A stretch of 64,000 bases of DNA from Polyangiales bacterium (GCA_044229975.1 JBGARZ010000006.1:1-64000); one strand, 5' to 3'; shown: positions 38,095 through 48,588, counted from the first letter of the stretch. Numbers and translations: made by a program. The notes: generated by a model from the sequence alone, not told the origin.

Positions 38095-39476
38095 AGGCGC
38101 GACGACGACTGGGCCTCGCGGCCTTCGCGGCCCTCGCGGCCACCGGACTGAGTAGCGGAGAAGCGGAGGCGCAGGTGCTCCAGCGCTTCACGCTGCGCGG
38201 CGAGCTCGGGCTCACGACCATGGTGACGGACGTCCAGCGCGACCTGCTGGGCTACGGCTTCGGCGCGCAGGGGACGCTGCGCCTCGGGTTCTCCATCATC
38301 GACCCGCTCGCGGTGCAGCTCTCGGCGGGCTACTGGCTCTTCCCGTCCGATCAGGGCAGCGGCTTCGGCACGCCCCTCACCGCGGGCCTGCGCTTCGAGC
38401 CCGCCATCTCGACGCTCGGCCGCCTCTTCGTCGACGCCAACGCGGGTGTCGTGCTCACGGGTGACCTCGCCCGCTTCGGCTTCGACGTGGGCGTCGGGTT
38501 CGAGTTCACGCTCAACCGATACATCGCGCTTGGGCCGATGGTTCGGTATGGGCACATCGTCGCCGACAGCACGGCCGACAACCCCACCGACGCGCAGTAC
38601 CTCTCCTTCGGCGTGTCCGTGGCGCTGCGCATCCCGCGCGCCGAGGCACCGCCGCCTCCGCCACCACCACCGCCTCCGCCACCGCCGCCTCCGCCCGATC
38701 GTGACGGCGATGGGGTGCTCGATGGGGACGATGCGTGTCCGACGGAGGTTCCGGGTGAGCACCCCGACCCGGCGCGTCGTGGATGTCCCGCGGTCGATGG
38801 CGACCATGACGGCGTCTTCGATCACGAAGACGTGTGCCCGACCGTCCCGGTCGGAGACATCCCCGACCCCGAGCGCCGCGGCTGCCCCGACGGCGACGCC
38901 GACGACGACAGCGTGCGCGACCACGCCGACCAGTGCCCGCAGGTGCCGCAGGGAACCCCTGGTGACTCCGCGCGACCGGGCTGCCCGGCGCCCGACCGCG
39001 ACGGCGATGCGGTCCCCGACGTGACGGACGCGTGCCCCGATCGACCGGGCGCGCCCAACGCCAACCCGCGGCAAAACGGCTGCCCCGGGCTCGTGGTGGT
39101 CACCGGCGGGCTCATCCGCATCAACCGCCCGGTGTTCTTCGCGACCAACAGCGACCGCATCCTGCCTGGCAGCAACGCCATCCTCCAGGCGGTGGCCGAC
39201 ACGCTGCGGCTCGCGACGCAGATCCGCCGCGTGCGGGTGGAAGGGCACACCGACAACGTCGGTACCGCCGAGCACAACACCGACCTCTCGCAGCGCCGCG
39301 CCGCGAGCGTGATGGCGTGGCTCACGCAGCACGGTGTGGAAGCCGAACGCCTCGAAGCGCAGGGCCTCGGTCCGACCCGCCCGCTGCGGCCCAACCTGAC
39401 CATCGCCAACCGCGCGATGAACCGTCGGGTGGAGTTCCACATCACCGACCCGGCGCCCGCGACCCCGCGGCGGTAG
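38091..39476 (+). CDS. OmpA-family protein: beta-barrel + poly-Pro + TSP3-like repeats + OmpA C-terminal domain
   Basis: Signal peptide; DRDGDGVLDGDDACP repeats; VEGHTD, NRRVEF; ATGA overlap. Confidence 0.92.
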   Translation: MKARRRLGLAAFAALAATGLSSGEAEAQVLQRFTLRGELGLTTMVTDVQRDLLGYGFGAQGTLRLGFSIIDPLAVQLSAGYWLFPSDQGSGFGTPLTAGLRFEPAISTLGRLFVDANAGVVLTGDLARFGFDVGVGFEFTLNRYIALGPMVRYGHIVADSTADNPTDAQYLSFGVSVALRIPRAEAPPPPPPPPPPPPPPPPDRDGDGVLDGDDACPTEVPGEHPDPARRGCPAVDGDHDGVFDHEDVCPTVPVGDIPDPERRGCPDGDADDDSVRDHADQCPQVPQGTPGDSARPGCPAPDRDGDAVPDVTDACPDRPGAPNANPRQNGCPGLVVVTGGLIRINRPVFFATNSDRILPGSNAILQAVADTLRLATQIRRVRVEGHTDNVGTAEHNTDLSQRRAASVMAWLTQHGVEAERLEAQGLGPTRPLRPNLTIANRAMNRRVEFHITDPAPATPRR

Positions 39477-39518
39477 CGCCCCCCGTCAGCGCGGGGGTAT
39501 ACCGACTCCCCCGCGCCG

Positions 39519-40841
39519 ATGGACCTCCAGCGAAAGCTCTCCCGCCTCTCCGCCGCGCGCGCCGCCAAGGCGCCTCCCGAGCCACCGCCCGAACCCGTCG
39601 CCGCTCCTCCTGAGGAGGCCGTGTTCGAGGCGTTGCGTGCGCAGCTCCAGCGCCGACGTGGTCGCCTTGCGCGTGCCTCGGTGGGGGCCGACGTCGCCCT
39701 CTTCCACGACGAGGCGCCGTGGCCCTTTGCGCCGACGGAGTCCGAGCACGGAACCCTGCACCGCTCGCGCACCCGCCTCGACGCGGCGGCGAAGCACGGC
39801 GCCGTCCCGGTGCAGCGTGCGTTGGCGGCGCGTGGTCCGTCGCTCGCGACGCTGTCGTTGGATGCGGCGCTCGGCGCGGTGGACGTCGGGCGCGCGCTCT
39901 TCCTCGACACCGAGACCACCGGGCTGTCGGGCGGATCAGGGACCATCCCCTTCCTCGTCGGCCTCGCGTACTTCGAGGACGACGAGCTCGTGGTGGAGCA
40001 GCTCTTCGTCGATGATCCCGACGCCGAGGCGGCGTTGCTCGCGCGCGTCGCGGGGCGCATCGCGGAGGCGTCGGCGCTCATCACCTTCAACGGCAAGAGC
40101 TTCGACCTGCCGTTGCTACGGTCGCGCTTCGTGTTGTCGCGGGTGGCTGCCCCGACGGCGCCGCCGCACCTCGACCTGCTGCACGTGGCGCGGCGCATCT
40201 ACGGGGCGCGGGTCGATCGCTGCTCGCTCACCAGCCTGGAGCGCGACGTGCTGCGCTTCGAGCGCACCGACGACGTCGCGGGCGAGGAGATCCCCGAGCG
40301 CTACCGGCGCTATCTGCGGGAGGGTGATCGGGCGGGGATCGTCCCCGTGGTGCGCCACAACCTGTGGGACCTGGTGGCGCTCGCGGCGCTGACGGGCGAG
40401 CTCGCGGCGCGCGTGGCGCGGGCGCCGTCGGAGGGGCGCTTCGAGGTGCACGACCATGTGGGCATGGCGAGGACCTCACTGCGGGCGGGCGACGCGGCGG
40501 CGGCCATCGCGCACGCGAGCGACGCGGTGACGCACGGCGAGGCGGGCGCGGGATCGTCGCGCGAGGCGCACCTCATCGCGGCGCAGGCGCACCAGAAGAC
40601 GGGCGACGCGCAGAGCCGGTGTGGTCGGCTGCTGGACGCGCTGGCGCACGCGCCGGGCGACGCGGGCATCCACCTGGAGCTGGCGCGCTGCTACGAGAAG
40701 GACCTGGATGACCCGCACGAGGCGCTGGTGCACGCGCAGCACGCGCACGGGGCGGAGGCGCCGAGCACGCTGGCGAAGCGGGTGGCGCGGCTGACGAAGC
40801 GGTGCCGGCAGGGGGTTCAGTTGCGGCTGCCAGGGTTTTGA
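39519..40841 (+). CDS. YprB/MrfB-like RNase H-fold exonuclease with TPR-like C-terminus
   Basis: FLDTETTGL, TFNGKSFDLP, HLDLLH, HNLWDL. Confidence 0.88.
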   Translation: MDLQRKLSRLSAARAAKAPPEPPPEPVAAPPEEAVFEALRAQLQRRRGRLARASVGADVALFHDEAPWPFAPTESEHGTLHRSRTRLDAAAKHGAVPVQRALAARGPSLATLSLDAALGAVDVGRALFLDTETTGLSGGSGTIPFLVGLAYFEDDELVVEQLFVDDPDAEAALLARVAGRIAEASALITFNGKSFDLPLLRSRFVLSRVAAPTAPPHLDLLHVARRIYGARVDRCSLTSLERDVLRFERTDDVAGEEIPERYRRYLREGDRAGIVPVVRHNLWDLVALAALTGELAARVARAPSEGRFEVHDHVGMARTSLRAGDAAAAIAHASDAVTHGEAGAGSSREAHLIAAQAHQKTGDAQSRCGRLLDALAHAPGDAGIHLELARCYEKDLDDPHEALVHAQHAHGAEAPSTLAKRVARLTKRCRQGVQLRLPGF

Positions 40842-40869
40842 GCGGGCGAGCTCGCCGGCATCGCGGCGC

Positions 40870-42327
40870 TCACAGGTGGAGCGCGGGCGAGGCGACCGGG
40901 CGGTGTCGGTGAGCGGTGAGCACCTCGTCGACGCGCACGAGGCGGCGCACGAGGGACTCGATGGGCTCGTGCACGAGCGTCATGCGAAACGACGCGTGCC
41001 CGCGCGTGATGGGGAGGCCGAAGGCGTTGCCCGGGAGCACCGCGATGCCATGGCGACAGAGGAGCTCGAAGAGCTCGATGTCCGTCCCGGGGAACACCTC
41101 CGGGTCGACGCGCAGGAGGCACACGTTGCCGATGTCGTCGTTGACGCACTCGGAGAACGCCCGCGACTGCCGCACGAAGGCGCGCACGCGATGGATGGCC
41201 TCGCGCTGGAGCAGGACGGAGGCGTCGAGGTTGCGGCGGAAGCGCTCGACGAGGCGCGTGTCGGTGATGCGCTCGAGGGCCTGCGCGCGGTCGATGCGCT
41301 GGCCCCAGCCGAACATGCCGTCCTGGAGGAAGCGCATGTGGTCCTCGGCGAGGGTTTCGCCTGAGGCCTCGACGGCGCGGAGGAGGAGGTTCACGCCGAA
41401 GAGGGCCATCGAGAGGGGGTTGGCGCTGTTCTCGGCGACCCAGGCGTGCTCGCGGCAGGGCTCCTGGAGCCGCGGATCGCCGAACCAGTAGCCGATGCGG
41501 TAGCCCGCGAAGAAGGGCGTGTCCTTCGACGGGCCGTAGAACTTCACCACGTAGTCGAGCCGGTCGGTGTGCGCGAACACCTCCTCGAAGCGCCGCCCGT
41601 AGACGAGCTCCTGGTAGATGTTGTCGACGAGCAGGAAGATGCCCTCCTCCTGGCAGAAGCGCACGAGCGCGCGGAGGTCGTCGAGGCGCTCGCCCTCGTA
41701 GGTGGCCTGCCCCGGATTGTTCGGGTAGGTGAGGGTGATCTGCACCGTGCGGTCGGTCACCGCGGCGGCGATCTCGTCGAAGGTCGGGAGGTAGCCGTTG
41801 GCGGCGCGCGCGTGGACGTACCGCGGCGTGAGCCCGCGCATGTGGCGGTGCTGCGCGGCGCACACCGGGTAGTTGGGCACCGGCACCACCACCTCGGGCG
41901 CGTCGTTGGCCCGCGGAAACACCGCCTTCGGGAGCCGCGCGATGGCGTTCATGACGCCCATGATCGCGCCGGTGGTGCCCGTGCCGCATCCGACGCCCGC
42001 GCCCTCCACGAGCGCGCGGTTGACCCGCTCGCGGTGCGGGCTGTGGCGCTGGAGGCGCGCGTACTCGAAGTACCGGATCAGCGCGCCGAGCTCGGGCCCG
42101 CCGTCGGGCGACGCGTAGCCCGACTCCAGCGCATGGATCGCCGCCACGTCCGAGACGCGCAGCACCTCGGGGAAGTGCCCGAGGGAGAAGTTCATGCAGT
42201 CGAGCGGCGCGAGCGCGTTGCGCCGGTCGAACATCACGCCCCAGTACTGGATCATCCGTTGGTAGGCGTCCATGCGTTGGAGGTCGCCGTCGAATCGTCC
42301 CGCGAGGCTGTGGAGGGTCTGCGTCAT
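40870..42327 (-). CDS. PLP-dependent aminotransferase class I/II-like
   Basis: YPNNPG, DNIY, SKD...GYRIGY, PGNAFG. Confidence 0.85.
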   Translation of the reverse strand: MTQTLHSLAGRFDGDLQRMDAYQRMIQYWGVMFDRRNALAPLDCMNFSLGHFPEVLRVSDVAAIHALESGYASPDGGPELGALIRYFEYARLQRHSPHRERVNRALVEGAGVGCGTGTTGAIMGVMNAIARLPKAVFPRANDAPEVVVPVPNYPVCAAQHRHMRGLTPRYVHARAANGYLPTFDEIAAAVTDRTVQITLTYPNNPGQATYEGERLDDLRALVRFCQEEGIFLLVDNIYQELVYGRRFEEVFAHTDRLDYVVKFYGPSKDTPFFAGYRIGYWFGDPRLQEPCREHAWVAENSANPLSMALFGVNLLLRAVEASGETLAEDHMRFLQDGMFGWGQRIDRAQALERITDTRLVERFRRNLDASVLLQREAIHRVRAFVRQSRAFSECVNDDIGNVCLLRVDPEVFPGTDIELFELLCRHGIAVLPGNAFGLPITRGHASFRMTLVHEPIESLVRRLVRVDEVLTAHRHRPVASPALHL

Positions 42328-42427
42328 GGTGGGCGGTACCCTGACGGAGACGGTCACCCGCTGACGATCACACGACGATCACACCGAACAGGGTGCGGGA
42401 CGTGACGCGCAACGAGGGCGCGGGTGC

Positions 42428-43066
42428 TCACTTCGCCGTGAGCAGCGTCACCAGATCACCCGGCGCGTCAGCCACATGTGTCGGCGCGTGCGCCACCAGC
42501 GCGTCGCGCGCGGTGTACCCCCAGCTCACGGCGATGCTCCGCACGCCCGCCTTGGTCGCCGCCTCCACGTCGCGAACCTCGTCCCCGATGTACACGACGT
42601 CCTTCGCCGCCACGCCCGCCCGCGCCATCAGCCGCGTCAGCGCCCGCGCCTTGCCCGACATGCCGACTCCCCCCGCCACGTGCTCAAACATCCGCAGCTC
42701 ATGCTTCGCCAGGAAGCGCTGGATGTTCTCCGTCGAGTTGGTCGACAGCACGCTGCAACGCACCCCGCGCTCGGCCAGCGCGCGCAGCGCCTCGATGATC
42801 CCTTCGTGCGGCTCGATGGCCTCCACGTGAGCGCGCATCGTCTTGCGGATGGTCGCCACCAGCAGCGGCAGCTTCCAGAACGACACCCCGTGCTCCTTCA
42901 GAATCGCGCTCGCCGGGAGCGCCCGCAGCCGCGGCAGCTCTTCGCGCACGACGGGCTTCACCCGGAAGCGCGGCGCGAGCTGGTTGTACTGCGCCAATAC
43001 GAAGTCGAGCGAGTCGGCGATGGTCCCGTCGAAGTCGAAGATCGCGATGGTCGGTGACGTGCTCAT
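42428..43066 (-). CDS. HAD-family hydrolase
   Basis: FDFDGTIADS, IGDEVRD, WGY. Confidence 0.93.
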   Translation of the reverse strand: MSTSPTIAIFDFDGTIADSLDFVLAQYNQLAPRFRVKPVVREELPRLRALPASAILKEHGVSFWKLPLLVATIRKTMRAHVEAIEPHEGIIEALRALAERGVRCSVLSTNSTENIQRFLAKHELRMFEHVAGGVGMSGKARALTRLMARAGVAAKDVVYIGDEVRDVEAATKAGVRSIAVSWGYTARDALVAHAPTHVADAPGDLVTLLTAK

Positions 43067-43069
43067 CGC

Positions 43070-45568
43070 TCAACCCACCGCGCCCGTTGCCATCTCGCCG
43101 CGCACCCGCGCCAGCAGCGCGCCCGCGTCCGGAATCGCCGCGTCCGTCAGCACCGTCCGCAGCCTTCCCCCGCGCGTGAAGTACGTCACGCACGACGAAG
43201 CCCGGTTGCCCCGCAGCATCACCAGCATCTCCTCCAGCACATCCGCCCCCTCGCCCCCCGCGTCGGCGACGAAGCCCGGTGCGAGCCGATCGAGCGCCTC
43301 CATCGTCCGCGCCAGCCCCGCGTCGTCACCCTCACCGCGCTGGAGCAACCCCAGGTTGACCCACGCGCCCACCCGCGACGGGCTCATCGTCACCGCGTGC
43401 TCCAGATCACGCCGCGCCTCCACCCGATGGCCCAGTCGACGGTGCGCCTCGCCCCGATACACGAAGGCCGTCGGACCCGGTGGACCCGACACTTCGATAC
43501 CGCGCTCCAGCACCGCCAGCGCGTCCTCGCAGCGCCCCTCCAGCACCGCCACCGCCATCAACCCGATGAAGGCCCAGCGCGAGCGCTCGTAGCTCGCCAG
43601 CGCCCGATCGAAGCACCGCCGCGCCTCGGCGTACGCGCCCCGGTAGAGGTGCATCTCGCCCTCGTAGTTGTAGGGCTCCGCCGCCCCCGGGTACGCCGCC
43701 CTGATCGCCGCAAACTCCCGCGCGCCCTCCGTCGCATCGACCGTGCTCGTGAAGCGAACCAGCGCCCGCTTCGATCGCACCCGCGCGGAGGTCGTCACGA
43801 AGACCCGCGCGAGCGTTCCGTCGGGGCGCACCACCGTCGGCGTCCACGATCGGTTGCCCCGCAGCGCCGCGAGCCCGCGCGCGAAGAGGGCATCGTCATC
43901 AGCCGGGATGTCCGCGCTGCCCAGCGCCACCAGCGCCGTGACCGTCTCCCGCAGCGAGCGATCGGGTGACCCCGCCGGGAGTCCCCGCCGGGCGCGGATG
44001 ACGTTCTTGACGAGCTGACCCGCGACGTAGGAGGCGCTGTCGTCGCTGAGCTCGCAGCCACGCGCGGCCTCGCGGTGCGCCTCGTCGAGCGACCCGAGGT
44101 GCATCAACGCCTCGGCCCGACCGATGACCGCCTCGGGGTCGCGCGGGTCGATCTGCATCGCGACGTCGAACTCCCGCAACGCGCCCGCGGCATCACCCGC
44201 CAGCATCGTCGCCATCCCACGAAGCACCCGCGCCGCCCCGCTCTCCGGGTGCGATCGCAGCACGTCGTCGGCGCCGGCCAACGCTCCGGCGAGGTCACCG
44301 CGCCAGGCGCGCAGCGTCGCGACGGCGGTGAGCGCGGCCTCGTCGTCGGGCGCCACAGCGAGCACACGCTCGTAGAGGGCGACCGCGCGATCGTAGAGGC
44401 CGAGCGCGCTCGCGAGGGATGCGGCGGTGGGCAGGAGGTCGGCGGCGATCCCGTCGTCGCGAGCGGTCACCGCGTCGAGCAGCGCCCTCGCGTCGGCCTC
44501 GCGTCCCACCGACCACAGCACCCGCGCCGCGCGCAGACGCAGCTCGTCGGAGTCGCCACCGAGCTCGATCGCCGAGTGCGCCCATGCCGCAGCGCCGGCC
44601 TCGTCGTGGAGCTCGGCGAGCAGCGCGGCGCCGGCCATGCGAAGCGGCGCGTGCGAGGGGAAGCGCGCGACCGCCGCGTCGAGGCTCTCGCGGGCCTCGT
44701 GAAACCACCCCATGCGGCGCTGAACCTCGTAGCGCATGCACCACGCGGGCAACGTGGCGGGAGAGCGGGCGAGCAGCGCGTCGAGCGCCTCGACGGCGCG
44801 CGTGGGCGACTGCTGGCAGAAGTGGATGAGCGCTCCTGCGAGGGCCACGGCGAGCGAGTCGGGCCCGGCGATCGCGGCGACGGAGAGAGCACGGCGAGAC
44901 TCGTCGCGACGACCCTCGGAGGCGTGGTCGAGGGCGTCGAAGAGCGATGGGAGCGCGGTAGCGGTGGACGGCGCGCGGAGGTCGGCGGCGAGGAGATCGT
45001 CGAGGCCGACGCCGAGCGGGCCGAGGAAGCTCAACAGGGTGCGCGGATCGCGGGTGACGGGCGGGCGCGGCAGCCACTCGGGCGAGTCGGCGATGTCACC
45101 CGCGGGCGTGGCAGCGGGCACTTCGGGCGGCGGGCGCGGCGACCAGTCCTGCGCGTCGGCGGGGTCGCCTTCGGGCGTGGGCGCAGGCAGCGGAACAAAA
45201 GGCACAGTCGTGGCCACGACGGGCGGCGGAGGCGGCGCGACGGGAGCCGCGAGGACGGCCCAGCGCACGTCGGGTTCGAGCGCGCGCACCGACGTGAAGA
45301 CGCTGGCGACGAGCGGGTTGACGACGGCGGCGCCCGCGGAGGCCCGGACGCGGATGGCGAAGTGGGCGGTGACGAGGCCGCCGTCAGCGGGCGTTCGGCG
45401 GGAGAGGCGCACCTCGGCGCGCGCGCCCTCGACGTGCTGGTAGCGGGCCTCGATGTCGGCGCCGCGGATGTCGGCGCGAACGAAGCGCCACCCCGGCGGG
45501 AGCGTCGGGGCGACCATGCGCCGGACCAAGGCCTCCTGACCTCCGAGAATCATCGCGCCTGCGCTCAT
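43070..45568 (-). CDS. TPR-repeat protein
   Basis: Multiple TPR-like helices (AWVNLG, YRGEAHRRLG); Pro-rich linker. Confidence 0.8.
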   Translation of the reverse strand: MSAGAMILGGQEALVRRMVAPTLPPGWRFVRADIRGADIEARYQHVEGARAEVRLSRRTPADGGLVTAHFAIRVRASAGAAVVNPLVASVFTSVRALEPDVRWAVLAAPVAPPPPPVVATTVPFVPLPAPTPEGDPADAQDWSPRPPPEVPAATPAGDIADSPEWLPRPPVTRDPRTLLSFLGPLGVGLDDLLAADLRAPSTATALPSLFDALDHASEGRRDESRRALSVAAIAGPDSLAVALAGALIHFCQQSPTRAVEALDALLARSPATLPAWCMRYEVQRRMGWFHEARESLDAAVARFPSHAPLRMAGAALLAELHDEAGAAAWAHSAIELGGDSDELRLRAARVLWSVGREADARALLDAVTARDDGIAADLLPTAASLASALGLYDRAVALYERVLAVAPDDEAALTAVATLRAWRGDLAGALAGADDVLRSHPESGAARVLRGMATMLAGDAAGALREFDVAMQIDPRDPEAVIGRAEALMHLGSLDEAHREAARGCELSDDSASYVAGQLVKNVIRARRGLPAGSPDRSLRETVTALVALGSADIPADDDALFARGLAALRGNRSWTPTVVRPDGTLARVFVTTSARVRSKRALVRFTSTVDATEGAREFAAIRAAYPGAAEPYNYEGEMHLYRGAYAEARRCFDRALASYERSRWAFIGLMAVAVLEGRCEDALAVLERGIEVSGPPGPTAFVYRGEAHRRLGHRVEARRDLEHAVTMSPSRVGAWVNLGLLQRGEGDDAGLARTMEALDRLAPGFVADAGGEGADVLEEMLVMLRGNRASSCVTYFTRGGRLRTVLTDAAIPDAGALLARVRGEMATGAVG

Positions 45569-45647
45569 AGCGGTCTTCACGGCGCGCGACCAGACCACCC
45601 ACCCATCGACACGCCGCGCCCCGTGGTGCTCTCCTCCGCGGCACCCC

Positions 45648-47123
45648 ATGGCCCTCGCACCCATCGACCGCCTCGCCCTCCTCACCGCCCCGCAGGCCGC
45701 CGCGCTCCGTGCGCGCTTCGTCGAGGTCCGCTACGACGAGTCCGCCATCGGGCGCGGCGAGTCCATCGCAGGGACCCAGTTCGATGCCCTGCGGCTCCCG
45801 CTGGTGCACGACGCGCTCCGCCTCGACGACGCGCCCGCGAGCGACCTCGCGCTGCTCTTCGCCTACTACGCCGGCGTCACCCGCGAGCGCCTCGACCGCG
45901 CCCTCACCCCCGCGCTCGCCGCCCTCGCGCTCGACCTCGGGCTCGTCACGCAAGGCGACGACGGCCTCGTCCGCTCGCCCTTTCTCCTCATGCCCTTCGT
46001 CGGGTTGTGGCTCCTGTCCGATCCGCTCTCCGACGACGGCGATGCCGTCATGGGCCCCGGCCCCACCACCAACCAGCTCGCCCGGCTCGTCCCGTGGCGC
46101 TGCCCTCCGTCGGTGCTCGACGTCGGCTGCGGCGCCGGAACCCTCGCCCTCCTCGCCGCCGCCCGCGGCAGCACCCACGCCGTCGGAACCGACATCAACC
46201 CCCGCGCCATCCCCATGGCCCGCTTCAACGCCGCGCTCAACGATCTCTCCGCGGAGTTCTTCGCGGGCGACCTCTACGCCCCCGTCGGCGACCGCCGCTT
46301 CGACCTCATCCTCTCGCAGCCGCCCTTCGTCCCGAAGGCGCCCGAGAGCCGCGACGTCGTGTACCTGTACGGTGGGTCCTTCGGCGACGAGCTCGCCCTC
46401 TCGCTGCTCGCGCAGACCCCCGCCCGGCTCAACCCCAACGGCCGCGCGCTGGTGCTCCTCGACACGCCCATCCGCCCCGACGCTCCGCTGCACGCGCGGG
46501 TGCGCTCCGCCATCGGCGACGCCCCCGTCGACCTCGCGCTGTTCACCACCGCCGGCATGTCGCCCGACATGGTGTCCATCGGGTACAGCGCCCGCTCGCT
46601 CGTCGACCTCGACGCCTACGCCGTCGACGTGCGACAGCACCGCGCGCACCTCCACTCGCTCGGGGTGACGGAGTTCACGCACGCCGTGGTGATGCTGCTC
46701 GCGCCGGGCGGACGCTTCACCATCACCCTGCCGGTGCGCTCCCTCGACGCGCTCGACGGCGACTCGCTGGAGCGCTGGAGCGACGCCATCGACCTCGCGT
46801 CGGGCGACGACCACGCGCTGCGCTCGGCCGCCCTCCAGACCGCGCCGGGGTTGGTGTTCGTCGAGGAGCGCGCGACCCCCGACCGCAGCATCGAGCCGAA
46901 GTGGTGGGTGCGCGCCGAGCGCGGTGTGGCCACGAGCCGCGAGCTCACCGAAGCGAGCTGGGCCCTGCTGGAGTGCGTCGCCACGACCGCCACCGTCGAC
47001 GAGGCCATCGCGGCCTACGCCGAACTCTGCCAGGCCACACCCACCGAGGTGCGCCCGCAGGTGCTCGGCTTCGTGCGCGAACAGCTCGCCAAGGGATTGC
47101 TCGTCCGCGCCTCCGCGGAGTGA
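45648..47123 (+). CDS. Class I SAM methyltransferase (HemK-like) with C-terminal PqqD-like segment
   Basis: VLDVGCGAG, TDINPRA, DLILSQPPF. Confidence 0.88.
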   Translation: MALAPIDRLALLTAPQAAALRARFVEVRYDESAIGRGESIAGTQFDALRLPLVHDALRLDDAPASDLALLFAYYAGVTRERLDRALTPALAALALDLGLVTQGDDGLVRSPFLLMPFVGLWLLSDPLSDDGDAVMGPGPTTNQLARLVPWRCPPSVLDVGCGAGTLALLAAARGSTHAVGTDINPRAIPMARFNAALNDLSAEFFAGDLYAPVGDRRFDLILSQPPFVPKAPESRDVVYLYGGSFGDELALSLLAQTPARLNPNGRALVLLDTPIRPDAPLHARVRSAIGDAPVDLALFTTAGMSPDMVSIGYSARSLVDLDAYAVDVRQHRAHLHSLGVTEFTHAVVMLLAPGGRFTITLPVRSLDALDGDSLERWSDAIDLASGDDHALRSAALQTAPGLVFVEERATPDRSIEPKWWVRAERGVATSRELTEASWALLECVATTATVDEAIAAYAELCQATPTEVRPQVLGFVREQLAKGLLVRASAE

Positions 47124-47156
47124 GCTACCCGTCGAGCGGCGGAGGTACTACTACCC

Positions 47157-47699
47157 GTGGCCATGCTCGCCGTTCACCTCCCCTCGCTGGCGCGGAAGTA
47201 CCGCGCGCTCCTCGCGCTGCGGGCCGAGCACGCGCGGGACGGCGTCGCGGCCGACCGTGAGCGATTGCGGGCGTTGGCGGCGGAGTTTCCGGGTGCCTTG
47301 CGCGAGCTCGACGCGCTGCCCGTGGCGGAGATGGAGGCGCGCGTCGCGGCGCTCGAAGCGGGCGGCGACGCGGCGCCGTGGATGACGGCGATGGCCGGCT
47401 ACCACGCGCTGATGCGAGCGGCGCTGGCGATCAAGCGGGCCTACGCCGCGGGCGAGACGGCGGAGGGCGAGGCGGTGCGCGCGGCGGTGGAGTCCCTGCG
47501 CGCGGAGTGCGGGATCACGCTGGACGGTGACGACCTCACGGCCATCGCGACGCCGCCGCGCGGGAGGGTCGGGGTGTTCGTGTTCGGGCGGCTGGGGCGG
47601 GCGCTCGGGCGCGACCCCGACGAGCTCTGGCAGGCGATGTTTCCGACGAGCCGCGCAGACCGCTTCGCGCCGCTGGACAGAGGGATGAGCGATGAGTGA
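47157..47699 (+). CDS. Hypothetical protein
   Basis: GGAGG RBS; operon-like spacing. Confidence 0.7.
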   Translation: MAMLAVHLPSLARKYRALLALRAEHARDGVAADRERLRALAAEFPGALRELDALPVAEMEARVAALEAGGDAAPWMTAMAGYHALMRAALAIKRAYAAGETAEGEAVRAAVESLRAECGITLDGDDLTAIATPPRGRVGVFVFGRLGRALGRDPDELWQAMFPTSRADRFAPLDRGMSDE

Positions 47700-48588
47700 C
47701 CCGGTGGATTTCGACGACGTGGCGGGCGAGCGGGCGGCGCTCGACGCGCTGTCGCCCGCGCTGGACGAGCGGCTCTACGCGCGATGGATCGCGGGGCCTG
47801 CGCCCCTGGCGGCGGGCGCGGCGCTGGTGCGGCGGGGTGACGTTCGGGCGACGCCGGGGGTGCTGGGCGCGGCGGTGTTTCTGGCGGCGGACGACCTGGC
47901 GACGCTGCGCTCGGCGGGCGCCGCGGGCAGCGACGCGCTGGCGGCGGTGATGCTGTGCACATGGACGCCGGTGGCGCAGCGGGTGGCGGCGGCGGAGGCG
48001 CTGGCGGGCGCGACGGTGACGTCGGCGATGTACGCGGCGCTGGCCGAGGTGGTGGCGGGGCCGAAGGTTCCGGTGCGGGCGTCGGCGGAGCGGGTGCTGG
48101 CGGACGTGGCGCCGCAGGCGGCGGGCGCGACGCGCGAGGCGGGCGAGCGGTGGCGGCTCTACGCGAAGCAGATGCGGGACGGGAAGCGCAACCCACTGCA
48201 ACGGCAGGAGCTGCAACGGGCCATCGCGGCGGCGGACGTGCACCCGGTGGTGGGGCTGCTGCTGGGCGACGACGGGGGCTTCCTGGCGGGGGTGGTTCCG
48301 CCGATCGACGACGCGGCGAGGGGGCCGTTGTTGCCGTACCTGATGGCCGCGGCGCGCACCGACCAGGAGGCGTTACGGGGGAAGGTATTCGGCGTGTTTC
48401 AGCGACGGTGGCGCGAGGTCGCGGCGGGCACGCTGTCGGCGCTGGCGCGGACGCCGTTGAAGGCGCGCGAGGCGGGCACCGGGGCGCTGGCGGTGCGGGC
48501 GTTGGTCGCGATGGGCGACGCGGAGGCGGTGGCCGCGGCGGCGGCGTTCGGCGGGGCGGCGGCGAAGGCCGAGGCGACGAAGCGGTAG
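47692..48588 (+). CDS. Hypothetical Ala-rich protein
   Basis: Overlaps the upstream stop; consistent codon bias. Confidence 0.65.
   Translation: MSDPVDFDDVAGERAALDALSPALDERLYARWIAGPAPLAAGAALVRRGDVRATPGVLGAAVFLAADDLATLRSAGAAGSDALAAVMLCTWTPVAQRVAAAEALAGATVTSAMYAALAEVVAGPKVPVRASAERVLADVAPQAAGATREAGERWRLYAKQMRDGKRNPLQRQELQRAIAAADVHPVVGLLLGDDGGFLAGVVPPIDDAARGPLLPYLMAAARTDQEALRGKVFGVFQRRWREVAAGTLSALARTPLKAREAGTGALAVRALVAMGDAEAVAAAAAFGGAAAKAEATKR

Noticed and set aside
44075..47260. Long Arg/Pro/Ala-rich alternative ORFs here and throughout the window
   Set aside because: Off-frame or antisense shadows expected in very GC-rich DNA; better-supported genes overlap them
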